Counted from the first letter of the stretch, positions 12,676-24,062 are shown. The stretch is DNA of 64,000 nucleotides from Malacoraja senta (GCA_038087875.1 JAXLNO010000573.1:62001-126000); one strand, 5' to 3'. Notes: generated from the sequence alone by a model not told the origin. Numbers and translations: made by a program.

Positions 12676-13479
12676 ACACTGTCAGCTGTGGGACCTTATA
12701 TAGACAGGTGTGTGCCTTTCAAAACCATGTCCAATCAATTTAATTTACCCCTGGTGGACTCCAATCACGTGTAGAAACATCTCAAGGATAATCAGTGGAA
12801 ACAGGATGAAACTAAGCTTAATTTTGAGTGTCATAGCAAAGGGTCTGAATACTTATGTAAATGTGATATTTCAGTTATTTCTTTTTAATTACTTAGCAAA
12901 AATTTCTAAACACCTGTTTTCGCTTCTTCATTCTGGGGTATTGTGTGTAGATTGATGATAAAGAAAAATGAATTTAATCCATTTTAAAATAAGGCTGTAA
13001 CATAACAAAATGTGGAAAAAGTGGTCTGAATACTTTCGGAATGCAATGTATATACTGTATGATATCCACGTGCACAATTTTAACCTGCCTCTTGGCTTTT
13101 ACCCTATTCAAAAGGCTTGTATGCTGAAATTATACAGGTTGTGTTACAAATTCAAGCGCAATAATAATTTAATACAAGGTGTAAAATCGCAGCTCGTTAA
13201 TCCAGTTAACACACAAAATTAAACTTGCATAAATGACCAGGAAGCAGGCAAAAATAATTCCCTTTCCTTCCCCCAACACTCTATTTAAATGAATCATTGA
13301 TTACTTGCTGGCTGGACTGTTAACAATTTGATAGTAGCAAAGTGTTACTATTTGCATTTGGAGTTTGCTGCAGCTGTGATATTCACTTCAGTTGCTGCCT
13401 TAATCCAGTGTTGCTCGGCTATGTGCCTGTACTGCTTCCTGATCTCCTGAAGGTAGAGTCCCTTTCATTCAATAAGACC

Positions 13480-14295
13480 AGCTGAGTCACTTGGGTGACC
13501 GCCTCCCTTGGGGCCACAGCCGCCGCTGTCGCCCACCTTCACTGTCTCCCCAGGGCCACCGATGCTGCTGCCACCCCCACAGGTCTCCACCAGTGACCCC
13601 GCCGACCCTCGCCTCTCCACCGCCGCACCAGAGTTCTAGGCTCAGCATCAGGCCCACAGCCTCCACGATGCAGACTCCCACACCACGTGGTCTAACTCTG
13701 CTCTCCCCCTCCTACAGGGAACCTCAGTAGTGATGGGTCTTCCCCTTCCCTCTCTTTTAACCAGGCTACCCCGACCACACCCCACCCATACAATAGCCCT
13801 TGCCCCCCTCCTCTCTGAGCACCCACCATCCCCCCACCAGATCTGGCCTCGGCCTTTGTCCACTCCCTGGCCCTCCTCTGACCCCAACCCTCACCCTTGT
13901 CGTGCCTTCACCATCCCCCCTGACCTCCCCCTTTCTGATACAGAACGGTCTGTCCTCAACAGAGGCCTCACCTTTGTTCCCCTCTGCTCCCACCTCAACA
14001 AGTTCCAGAGACGCCACAGCGTAGAGCTTTCCTTCCGTCGCCTCCGCCTCCATGCCTTTTTCTATGAGAAGGAGTCCTCACCACCCAGTGATGACCCCTT
14101 CTCCTGTCTCCACCGGTCCTCCTCCTCTTTATTTCTAACTGCCGGCGTGACATCAACCGTCTCAACTTTTCCTCTCCCCTTACCTCCTCCAAAAAAAGAG
14201 TCTGAAAAAGGGTCTCGACTCGAGACGTCACCCATTCCTTCTCTCTAGAGATGCTGTCTGTCCCGCTGAGTTACTCCGGCGTTTTGTGTCTATCC
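13480..14295 (+). mobile_element. Penelope-like element, internally deleted (ORF N-terminus joined to terminal repeat)
   Basis: TIPPDLPLSDTERSVLNRGLTFVP...FRRLRLHAFF is typical of the region before the PLE RT; the terminal repeat follows from ~14200. Confidence 0.7.
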
Positions 14296-14347
14296 TGAGA
14301 CACTTGAATACTGAATACAATTGAAAACTGAAATGCCTTTTCTCCTG

Positions 14348-14552
14348 TGTAGGAAGGAACTGCAGATTCTGGTTTAAACTGAATATAGACACAAAATGCT
14401 GGAGTAATTCAGCGGGACAGGCAGCGTCTCTGGAGACAATGAATGGGTGACGTTTCAGTTCTGAAGAAGGGTCTCGACCCGAAACGTCACCCATTCCTTC
14501 TCTCCAGAGATGCTGCCTGTCCTGGTGAGTTACTCCAGCATTTTGTAGTCTG
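14348..14552. mobile_element. Palindromic Penelope terminal-repeat insertion
   Basis: Arms ACAAAATGCTGGAGTAA...GGGTGACGTTTC and GAAACGTCACCC...TTACTCCAGCATTTTGT; flanked by TGCCTTTTCTCCTG (14334-14347) and TGCCTTTTCCCCTG (14553-14566). Confidence 0.8.
14461..14492 (+). ncRNA. Minimal type I hammerhead-ribozyme-like motif (best-preserved copy)
   Basis: CUGAAGA-A-[GGGU-CUCG-ACCC]-GAAA-CG-UC; predicted cleavage after C14488; self-complementary ACGU stem III; stem I weak. Confidence 0.6.
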
Positions 14553-14689
14553 TGCCTTTTCCCCTGCTGTGTTTTGCCATCTGTTCCATCAAGGTGCCAA
14601 GGCCTCTAGAATTACTTGCATCACTAATACCAGCCACAAATAACTCCTCTTTTAGAAGCAAAGATGGTTTTAATTAAACATTATAATAA

Positions 14690-15640
14690 AAAGGTACTGC
14701 AGATGCTGGTTTGTACCAAAGATAGACACAAAATGCTGGAGTAATTCAGTGGGTCAGGCAGCATCTCTGGAGAAAATGGATAGATGACAATTAGGGTCGG
14801 GACCCTTCTTCAGGCTGATTGTAGTGGGGGTTGGGGAACTTACGAAGTTACAAAGCGTAACTCCTGTATAATGATGAGACAAAGCGTAGACTCGTTCCGC
14901 CAAGGCCTACATGATCTCCCGGTTGCTAACTACTTCAACTCCCCTTCCCATTCCCATGCTGACTTTACTGTCCTGGACCTCGTCCATTGTCAGACAAAGG
15001 CCACATGGAAATTGGAGGAATGGTACCTCATATTTTGCTTTGATAGCGGTATGAATATTGATTTCTCCAAACTTAGGCAACTTTTACAAACACCTCCCCC
15101 TTCCCACTTTTCCCCCCATCTTCCCCCCTTCCTCCACTAAAAGTCCATGAACCAGTTCCACAGTTCACAACTATGTGTACTTCTGGGGCTCACACCATTT
15201 CTAGTCAACATTTTGCCTATCAGAGAACCTTCCTGCCTTAGGTCGTCTGTTCCTAGTCCCAATTTGTCCTGGCATTTTTCTTGCTTCAAATTTCCCCCAC
15301 TACAATGTCTGAAGAAGGGTCCCGACTTGAAACACCATTTTGTCCAGAGATGCTGCCTCTAAGTTAGTCGAGTATTCTGTGTCTATCTAGTGCTTAAATT
15401 AACACTTACTATGAACATTGACTTCTCTAATTTCAGATAGTCCTTGCTTTCTCCCTCCTTCCCCTCCCCCTTCCCTGCTCTCCCACAAGCCTACTGTCTC
15501 CGCCTCTTACTGTCATTTTCCTTCCCCCCCCCCCCCGACATCAGTCTGAAGAAGGGTTGCGACCTGAAATGTCGCTTATTCCTTCTCTCCATAGATGCTG
15601 GCTCACCCGTTGAGTTCCTCCAGCATTTTTGTCTACCTTC
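14690..15640. mobile_element. Cluster of Penelope fragments (inverted terminal repeat, GIY-YIG C-terminal remnant, two terminal repeats)
   Basis: LPVANYFNSPSHSHADFTVL...KLEE..LIF matches the 3' end of the Penelope at 48170-49193; hammerhead-like motifs near 15309 and 15546. Confidence 0.7.
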
Positions 15641-16854
15641 AGTTGTCATGGTCAGTTTAAAAAATGGGCTACAATGGCAATCTGGTAATGAGCCTGCAGG
15701 ACATATTGCCGTCTCACTTGGTCACGGTCAAATATGTATGAATTAATTACATTTCATGATTCCTACGATTGTTTTCATGGTCTATCTTTTTGGAGCCTAG
15801 AACTTTTATAAAAAAGTATATTGAGGATGAAAATTATCAGCTGTTATGGTTTTTGTCTCAGGCAGGTTGCCAATAAAATCAGAAGCCAAAATCAATTCCT
15901 AACATTTTATTTCAGAGCCGAACCATTGTGATTTCATGCACAAGATACTAATCAGTTTCAATTAAGATCTATTGATTTTTAATGTTTGCAATTTTTCCTT
16001 CGCTAAGTTGCTCCTGCAAATTCATTTCAGACATAATTGGCTGAGAAAACAGTCAAGTACTCTTAGGCCCCTGACAAGACTACTTTATAACTGGTATGAT
16101 GTACGTCAGCAAACTGAAGATTTATCTTCACTCCCCATGAGGAAACAGTTGGTCTCTTCCTGGCACTTCCACCTCATGGCACAGTTAAAATTCAGGAAGT
16201 TGATGTGTTTGGAATTGAGGGCAAAAATGTTCATCACCTGTGAGGTTCAGTGCATTAAATACTCTCCAATTAATATCATCTCAAACCATGCCACCATTTT
16301 AATAATAAATCTTAGACTACAGGCATGCACTTGGAGCAGATTTGTTTTCTAGAATTATTCAGATATTAATTGGAAAGTAATTACAATTCAGCCTGGATCA
16401 TAACTTCCCACTTTTCCATATTGTATTCAATGTTGTATTTTATGATGGTGCATGAAGTTGTCCAATGAACTACAAGATGCAATATGCAATTGTGTTAACA
16501 AAGTGAAAATATTGTTAGTTTTTCTGTTTCATGATTTTTTTTTAAAGCTGCCACTTACGGGTGTGATTTTTGGCCATCTTACTCAGAGTCCCCCTCCGCT
16601 GCACAGGACAAGAGGATTTTCCCCATTGATGAAAAATAAAAGAGGTATTAATGTTTTAAAAATGTTGACATTCTCTCTGCTGCCCGTGATGGTGGGAGGG
16701 GGGAGGGACTAAAAAACCCGGAGGTGTTGTGCCTCACTCAGTTTCTGCAAGATGGAGGAAGCGAGAGGGTCATGTCTCCTGAGCTGTGAATAACACTGAA
16801 CACATGTCTACTCAACTGTGAGTGCCCTTAATGTGGTTTGAAAATGAAAATGTG

Positions 16855-17298
16855 GTTGCTTTGAAATGCTGCACTGCAAATGGCTGTTGGTGGTGGTAAC
16901 TGCTTTGAAATGCTGCACTGCAAATGGTTGTTGGTGGTGGTAACTGCTTTGAAATGCTGCACGGCAAATGGTTGTTGGTGGTGGTAACTGCTTTGAAATG
17001 CTGCACTGCAAATGGTTGTTGTTGGTGGTAATTGCTTTGAAATGCTGCACTGCAAATGGTTGTTGGTGGTGTTAACGGCTTTGAAATGCTGCACTGCAAA
17101 TGGTTGGTGGTGGTGGTAACTGCTTTGAAATGCTACACTGCAAATGGTTGTTTGTGGTGGTAACTGCTTTGAAATGCTGCACTGCAAATGGTTGTTGGTG
17201 GTGGTAACTGCTTTGAAATGCTGCACTGCAAATGGTTGTTGGTGGTGGTAACTGCTTTGAAATGCTGCACTGCAAATGGTTGTTGGTGGTGGTAACTG
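16855..17298 (+). repeat. 44-bp minisatellite, ~10 copies
   Basis: Unit GTAACTGCTTTGAAATGCTGCACTGCAAATGGTTGTTGGTGGTG; period 44 (16897 to 16941). Confidence 0.95.
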
Positions 17299-17689
17299 GA
17301 CAACTTCCTGTTTGCACTGTATATTGATTTTAGATAAAACACTACCACTTACGGCTGTGATTTTTGGCCATCTTATTCAGTCCCCCTCCGCATATCAGGT
17401 GCAGAGGATTCTTCCCATCAATGAAAAATAAAAGTGTTATTAGTGTTTAAAAAAATGTTGAGAATCTCTCTCCTGTCATTCATGCCATGAAGGCCACACC
17501 CCTTCAGGTGGGAGGGGGGAGGGATTATAAAACCCGGAAGTGTGGGTGTGGCTCAATCTCTGCAAGATGGGGGAGGGAGAGGTCATGACTCTGTCTAAGC
17601 TGTGAATCAACTGAACACACTGAATGACTACTGAACTGTGAGTGTGGTGTTTCTGTGGTGTTTTGTGTGGTTTTATGGTGGTTTTATGG

Positions 17690-18600
17690 TGGTTTCACCC
17701 TGCTTGAAATGTTATGAAACTGCATTTGAATGTGGTGGCCTTGCACCCTGCATGAAAGGGTATGCAACTGCATTTCAATTTGGTGGCCTTGCATCCTGCT
17801 TGAAATGGCATTAAACAGTACTAGCATCTGGTGGCCTTGCACCCTGCTTGAAGTGGCATGAAACTGCACTTGAGTTTGGTGGCCTTGCACCCTGCTTGAA
17901 GTGGTATGAAACTGCACTTGAGTTTGGTGGCCCTGCACTGCTTGAAGTGGTATGAAACTGCACTTGAATTCGATGGCCTTGCACCCTGCTTGAAGTGGTC
18001 TGAAACTGCACAAATTCAGTTGCCTTGCACCCTGCTTGAAGTGGTAGGAAACTGCACTTGAATTCGGTGGCCTTGCACCCTGCTTGAAGTGGTAGGAAAC
18101 TGCACCTGAATTTGGTGGCCTTGTACCCTGCTTGAAGTGGTATGAAGCTGCAATTGAATTTGGTGGCCTTGCACCCTGCTTGAAGTTGTAAGAAACTGCA
18201 CTCGAATTTGGTGGCCTTGCACCCTGCTTGAAATGGTATAAAATTGCATTTGAATTTGGTGGCCTTGAACCCTGCTTGAAATGGCATTAAACGGCACTAG
18301 TATTTGGTGGCCTTGCACCCTACTTGAAGTGGTCGGAAACTGCACGAATTTGGTGGCCCTGCACCCTGCATGAAGTGCTAGGAAACTGCACTTGCGTTTG
18401 GTGGCCCTGCACTCTGCTTGAAGTGGTATGAAACTGCACTTGAATTCGGTGGCCTTGCACCCTGCTTGAAGTGGTCGGAAACTGCACAAATTTGGTGGCC
18501 TTGCACCCTGCTTGAAGTGGAAGGAAACTGCATTTGAATTCGGTGGCCTTGCACCCTGCTTGAAGTGGTAGGAAACTGCACCTGAATTTGGTGGCCTTGA
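17690..18600 (+). repeat. ~48-bp minisatellite, ~19 copies
   Basis: Unit TTTGGTGGCCTTGCACCCTGCTTGAAGTGGTATGAAACTGCACTTGAA, with slightly shorter variants. Confidence 0.95.
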
Positions 18601-18934
18601 AATTGAATTTCAAAGAATAGCCGTGAGTCAACTGCTCGCCCACCAGCCGTGAGTGAGCTGCCAGCTCATCGGGCTTGAGTGACTGATCTGTCACCCCAAG
18701 AATCCATTTGGCCCACAATGTCCATACTAGCCCTCTGGAAACCAGTCCCTTCAGCCCACAATACCCATACTAGCACTCCAGAAAGCCCCCCCCCCACTGG
18801 CCACCAATATTGGAATTGGTGGAGAGGTGGAATATTGCGTTGGGGGACCAGCCCCTCGTGTGAACATGGGACCCAACGGGTCCCACTTAGTCTAGTATAT
18901 GTATATATTTGTGTGTGTGAATGTGTATTTATAG

Positions 18935-19480
18935 AAATAAACTGTAGATGCTGGTTTACACCGAAGATAGACACAAAATGCTGGAGTAACTCAGCGGGAC
19001 AGTCAGCATCTCTGGAGAGAAGGAATGGGTGACGTTTCGGGTCGTGACCCTTCCTCAGACTCACAGTCAGGGGAGAGGGAAACTCGAGGTACGGAAGGGT
19101 AAGGTGTGAAAACAGATGAAAGCAGACAATGCTCAAGGAAGTGTTGAATGGATCATTGTTGGCTGAGGGAAAGGTGACAAGGAGGCATACAAATAGTAAA
19201 ATGAATCAGGAGGACGGTGAAACAAGTCGAAGAACTAGGTGGGGGAGAGTTGGAGAGGGAGGGAAAGCAAGGGTCACTTGAAGTTACAGAAATCAATATT
19301 CATCCAAGCTCGATATGAGGTGCTGACCTCCAATTTGTGTTTTGCCTCACTCTGGGCAGCTTACAACCCAGCAGTATGAATATTGGCTCCCACCAGGCAA
19401 GTCTGAAGAAGGGTCTCGACCAGAAATGTCACCCATTTCCTTTTCTCCAGAAATGCTGCCTGTCACGCATTTTGTGTCTG
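18935..19480. mobile_element. Penelope 3' region with 5' inversion
   Basis: Minus-strand terminal repeat and 3' region (~18935-19340) joined to a plus-strand 3' end with CTGAAGAAGGGTCTCGACCAGAAATGTCACC (~19403). Confidence 0.7.
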
Positions 19481-19489
19481 TCTCACACC

Positions 19490-19850
19490 ATCCTGGTGTC
19501 TTGTTTCTGGCTAACAGAATCTCCTGACTGTCCCTGTAACTATCACTGCTACAGCTGCCCTCTGAAAAGTTTGTCCCCACAACAGTATCTGATGAGGAAA
19601 ACCTTTTACTGCAGGAAATGTCCTCAGGAGAGCCCTGTACAGTCTTCTTTATCTCCTTCCTTTTCTTGTCTGCACCTTAGGTGTGACCACCTCACAAAAG
19701 CTCTTATCTATGATGCTCTCAGCTGCCGGAAGATTCTGACCACATCCAAGTCCAGCTCTATGTATGTCCTTGATGCAGTCAGTCAGGAGCTGCAGCTAGG
19801 TTGACTTCTCACACAGCTTTCCCTGATCTCCCACATCCCACAAGAGCATA
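19490..19850 (-). mobile_element. CR1-clade LINE ORF1 remnant
   Basis: Minus-strand frames give MWEIRE, LQLLTDCIK, ELDLDVVRI and AESIIDKSFCEVVTPK, resembling CR1 ORF1 N-termini. Confidence 0.55.
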
Positions 19851-21784
19851 TCACTGCCTTAAATGCATTCCAGTTACATTAAGTCTTAAGAGCAAAGTTA
19901 AAGGACTTTGCTTGTTCTTATCTATGCCTCTGCTCAACCTTTTACAGTAGCTGAAGCCTCACAAGTCAAAAGCCCGACACTTACCACTCAGACACAACAC
20001 TTCAACCTCAATCACAGCCGCTCACACAATGACCGCTCCAAAACGTCAGTTCCACTAAATCCTGCCTTCCTTGTATTCGATTCTACGAGATGTGTCTTCA
20101 TGGCTGTTTTCTAAATCTCCTGCGCTCCTCCTCGTTTCAGCTCCACAGTCACCTGTTAAACTGTTTCTGAGCTCAGAGCTCGCAACATGATTCCTCTTAA
20201 AAGTTAGGACATTGATTTGAATGTCAAGTTCCAAAGATGGACACTTGAGTGAGCCAGTCTATCCGAAACATGCTACTGTGCTAATTTCCTCAGTTTTCTC
20301 ATTCCGAAGGAGCACAAATGTTATTAACCATTATTTGAATGTTAAAGTGACACTTGAGGGGTAGAAGATGAACATCAGTACAGAAGGGGAGTGAATATTT
20401 TCATTTGGACCACAGAAATTCTGCAGAATATATTGTCTCAGGGAAAATGCTGTTGTAATTAACATTAACAAAATATAATGAGACAAACACCCTGTTAATT
20501 CATGCATGAATGTCAGCGTTATTGGCAAGGCCAACATTTAATGTGTATTGTAAATTGCATTTGAGAGGGTGAACAACCTACTTCAACTGCAGTGGACCTC
20601 TTGTATGATTTAACAACAAATTGACTTAACATTTGCTGTTTAGTTAGAATTTCCATGACTTTGACCCAGAGATGAAGAAAGAAAAGACTGGAGAATGATT
20701 CTGATCCAAAATGGTGCCTGTCAATCCCCTACAAGGATGCTGTTTGAGCTGCTGAATTCCTCCAGTATTTTATTTTTTTGCTCAATATATTTATCTAAGC
20801 CAGGGCAGTGCATGACACAAAGGTAAACTTACAAGTCATGGTCTTCCACTAACTCTGCCATCCTTGGCCTTCTAAGAGGGAGAGGTCCACTTCTGGGGAG
20901 TGCTGCTGGAGGAACCTTGGTGAGTTGATGCAGTGCATTTTGTAGATTGTACACATTGCAGTAATGTTGCGATAAGGTGGAGGGAATCAATGATTTGGGT
21001 GGTAGATAAGATTTCTATCACGTTTGCTGATTTGTTTTGCAATTATCAAAGTTTTGATGAGTTTTATTGGAGTTGCACTCCTTCGGGGAAGTGGAGAAAG
21101 GCAAAACATTCTATTACATTCCTGACTCGTACCCTGTAGATGTTGGAAACGTATTAGGAGGCCACGTGGCAATTCACTTGTTAATGGATATGCAACCTCT
21201 TACTTGTTCCTATAGTCACTGTATTTATGTTGCTGGTCCATTCAAAATTATTGGTCAATAATGATCATCGAGATTTTGACGGCAAAGAAATGCTGTTAGA
21301 TTATGAGTGGTTAGATTGTCTCACCTTGGAGATGATCATTATCTGACTACTTGCAGCCAAAGGACTAACACTGTCTGAGCCTTGTTGCATCAAATTTAAG
21401 CAGCTTCACAAAACTGCAAATACCAACAACTTAGAATGTATGATAACAGTGCTAGGATTAGTCACACCCAAGAAGGTAAACGTTGACATTTTTGCTGTCT
21501 CAGTCTAAGTATGACATTTATTTAACTATCTGCTTATCTTCTGAGGAAATCTGACTGTGTAGGATTTTGATTTAAATCTAAGTCCCATGACTAAATGATG
21601 TACAATACTTTTCCTTTTGGTCTGTTCCATATGATGGCCTATGAAATAGGTAAGGGCTCATGTACAGTAACATCAAAGGATAAGCAGTGCATATTTCTGA
21701 CCATATGCACATGAATTATTTTACACAGACAGGACCACAAACATCATGCACTGAAGGAAGCCATAGCAGATGGGTGAAGTTTAA

Positions 21785-21999
21785 AGGGCCTGTCCCACTT
21801 AGGCGACTCTTTAGGCGTCTGCCAGGAACTAGTTTGAATTGAATTCACCTACGACACCTGGCGACAATGTACGACAGCACCTACGACAACCTACAACGGC
21901 AAAAATTGTTGCCACTGTCGCCGCAAAATGTTCAACATTGAACATTTTGCAGCAGTCGCCTGTAGTCACCCATAACATCGCCTAAGTGGGACAGGCCCA
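21785..21999. mobile_element. MITE (PIF/Harbinger-like)
   Basis: TIR GGGCCTGTCCCACTTAGGCGA...TCGCCTAAGTGGGACAGGCCC; TAA on both sides. Confidence 0.8.
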
Positions 22000-23186
22000 T
22001 AAGGCATCAATTGTATTTCATGCTATCCTTGTTATGACTTCCAATCTTGCTGTCAATATACTCAATCCCCTGATAATCTTTCCAACCATCACCAATACTT
22101 CTTCAGTTGACATGACCTTTCCTCCTTGATCACCTTACTGACTGACATTGACTTACTAACCTGATCACCTCTCCACTTGGTCAGTCACTTGGAACCACCA
22201 CAATTCCCTGCATGACTCAGTCATCTCTCTGCATTCATCCTGGCTCCATGCTCTTTCCAATGAATTCCATGACCTGAATCCTCCCTGGACCTCTCTCTAT
22301 CATCCAACCTTATGATCTGAAGTTCACTGTGTTCTTCCTCAGCTTTGCTTGGAACATGTGAAGAAAGTCTGTGGTGAATATCAATTGTGCAAAGGCTTTT
22401 CTATCACATTGAAACTGAGACATAATTTTACTTCGGAGTCACGTGAGTGACTACGTGAAGAAGGCCGTCCAGGCACATGCGCGTCATTACGCCTATCGCA
22501 TTGCGCAAAGTCGGACTGGCAGGCGCGCTGCTCCTGCCAGCGGTAAGTTTAAACCTCAAGGTAAGTTTTAAACTTATTCCCAGGTTATGTTTTCTTTTGC
22601 AGGATTCTCTGTTTACAGAGTTTTCCTGTTGAATTTCGGGACAAAGTCCGGACGGGCCGCGAGGGAACCTTTATGGACCGCGGGGAACCCCAGTCACGGA
22701 CCACAGGGAATCCCGGAAACGGACCGCGGGGAACCCGCTACGGAGACTGCAGACCGCGGGGAACCCGCTACGGAGACTGCGGGTAGCGGGCACAGATCAA
22801 ATTCGCCTTCCGAGTCGCTGGCGGTGGAGCCAGCGGCTTCAGACTGGTGCCGGTAGCACCTATGCAACCCCACTTGGAGGGTAGCCATGAAGTTATATCT
22901 CCCTCTCTGAGGATGGGAGCGTAGGGAAGAGGCCCGTTGACTCAAACGAGTCGGGCCAGGAGGATTCCTGATGGAGAGGATCCCCTCCTTCATGGGTAAC
23001 GTCTTTGAACGTTCAAACCCACATGGAGCACCTGATGGAGAGGTGCTCCACAATGATATACTCCAAAGGAGGGAGTTATCACCGCGGGTCTCCTCGGGGG
23101 CAACGGCACCTGTTACAAGGCGGCACAGTGTCTCCCTCTCTGAGGAGGGGAGCATTTGGGGTCAGTTCCTGTCAGAGCAAAAATCC

Positions 23187-23371
23187 TGATATAGGTCCGT
23201 AGGAGGGGCCATGTCAGCGCAGGTATCCTCAGGGGCCTGCGGCAGCACCTGTTTTCAGGGCTGCCTACGAATGTGATGCTCAATCATGATATAGGTCCGT
23301 TGGAGGGGCCATATCAGCGCAGGTATCCTCAGGGGCCTGCAGCAGCAACTGTTTTCAGGGCTGCCTACGAA
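23187..23371 (+). repeat. Direct duplication (~85 bp x2) in the DIRS gag region
   Basis: TGATATAGGTCCGT...GGGCTGCCTACGAA at ~23187-23271 and ~23287-23371. Confidence 0.9.
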
Positions 23372-24062
23372 CCTCCCTCTCTATGGAGGGGAGTGCGAGG
23401 AAATACTCGCAAGCGAAGGGGTTACTGACAGATAAATTGGTTCCAGCCATTGGCAGAATACCCGGAAGGGGCCAGAGTTCCCCTCACGCTACAAGTGCCG
23501 GCTGTGAACAGCGCTACCAGGGGTGACATTGGAGGACATGAAACCAGCCGCCGAATCTTCTCTTCAGGTAAGACTTATCCAACAGGTATACCTGGATGAG
23601 GAAGCAAATGCTGTCGGCCTAAACAACGTACCGACGACGAACAATGCTTCATCATATCGGCGACAACACACCCCACGCCTCATCGACAGTAAGCAGTTCA
23701 CTGAAACTGGTCGCAGCTTGAAAGCTGGGCAGAGGTGTTTCAGGCCAAGGTCCAAGCCGGTCTCAGGAAATATGGAATCCACATACACTACCATTTCTAC
23801 TCTTCAATCAAGGACTGGAATAGAACCCACATCAGGGGCCATTGGGCTTACCATAGACCACCGGTAACCATGGAGGTAGGTGGGTCTGGTTCTTCCGAAA
23901 CATGAGCTAGTGGACCATTTACAAGTTGGTAATATTTACAATTGTTTTGTACAAATGACAGTGATAACATGAGATTCAGATTAGTTATATACTAAAATGA
24001 TAACATGAGATTGGGTTATTATTGCACAGTATGATAGGGTACCAAGCTTGGCTTGGAATTGG

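Larger units (their letters stand above)
10121..13048 (-). mobile_element. Tc1-family DNA transposon (IR/DR type), full length, interrupted by a LINE
   Basis: TA|CAGTGCATTC...GAATGCAATG|TA; ~220-bp inverted repeats (10121-~10340, ~12835-13048) with an internal repeat of TATTCAGACCC; ~1.6 kb once the insert is removed. Confidence 0.95.
16520..18895 (+). mobile_element. Non-autonomous Helitron with internal minisatellites (5' end approximate)
   Basis: 3' hairpin TGGGACCC-AAC-GGGTCCCA (18867-18885) then CTAG|T (18892-18896); terminal regions homologous to the complete copy at 50517-52674. Confidence 0.8.

Noticed and set aside
13487..14053. Pro/Gly-rich ORFs as a host gene
   Set aside because: C-rich low-complexity region of the Penelope ORF; the antisense ORFs are compositional artefacts.
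15972..16352. 126-aa ORF as a host exon
   Set aside because: Non-ATG start, no recognisable domain and no convincing splice-site pair.
16808..18718. Overlapping repetitive ORFs as real proteins
   Set aside because: They are translations of stop-poor 44-bp and 48-bp minisatellites in several frames.
18878..18891. Helitron 3' end (GTCCCACTTAG) as a MITE TIR
   Set aside because: The similarity is short; here it is part of the hairpin before CTAG|T and has no partner TIR.
20500..21350. Old LINE/SINE remnants (also ~37400-38850 and ~39290-39540)
   Set aside because: They look like ancient repeats but are too decayed to give a family or boundaries without a database search.
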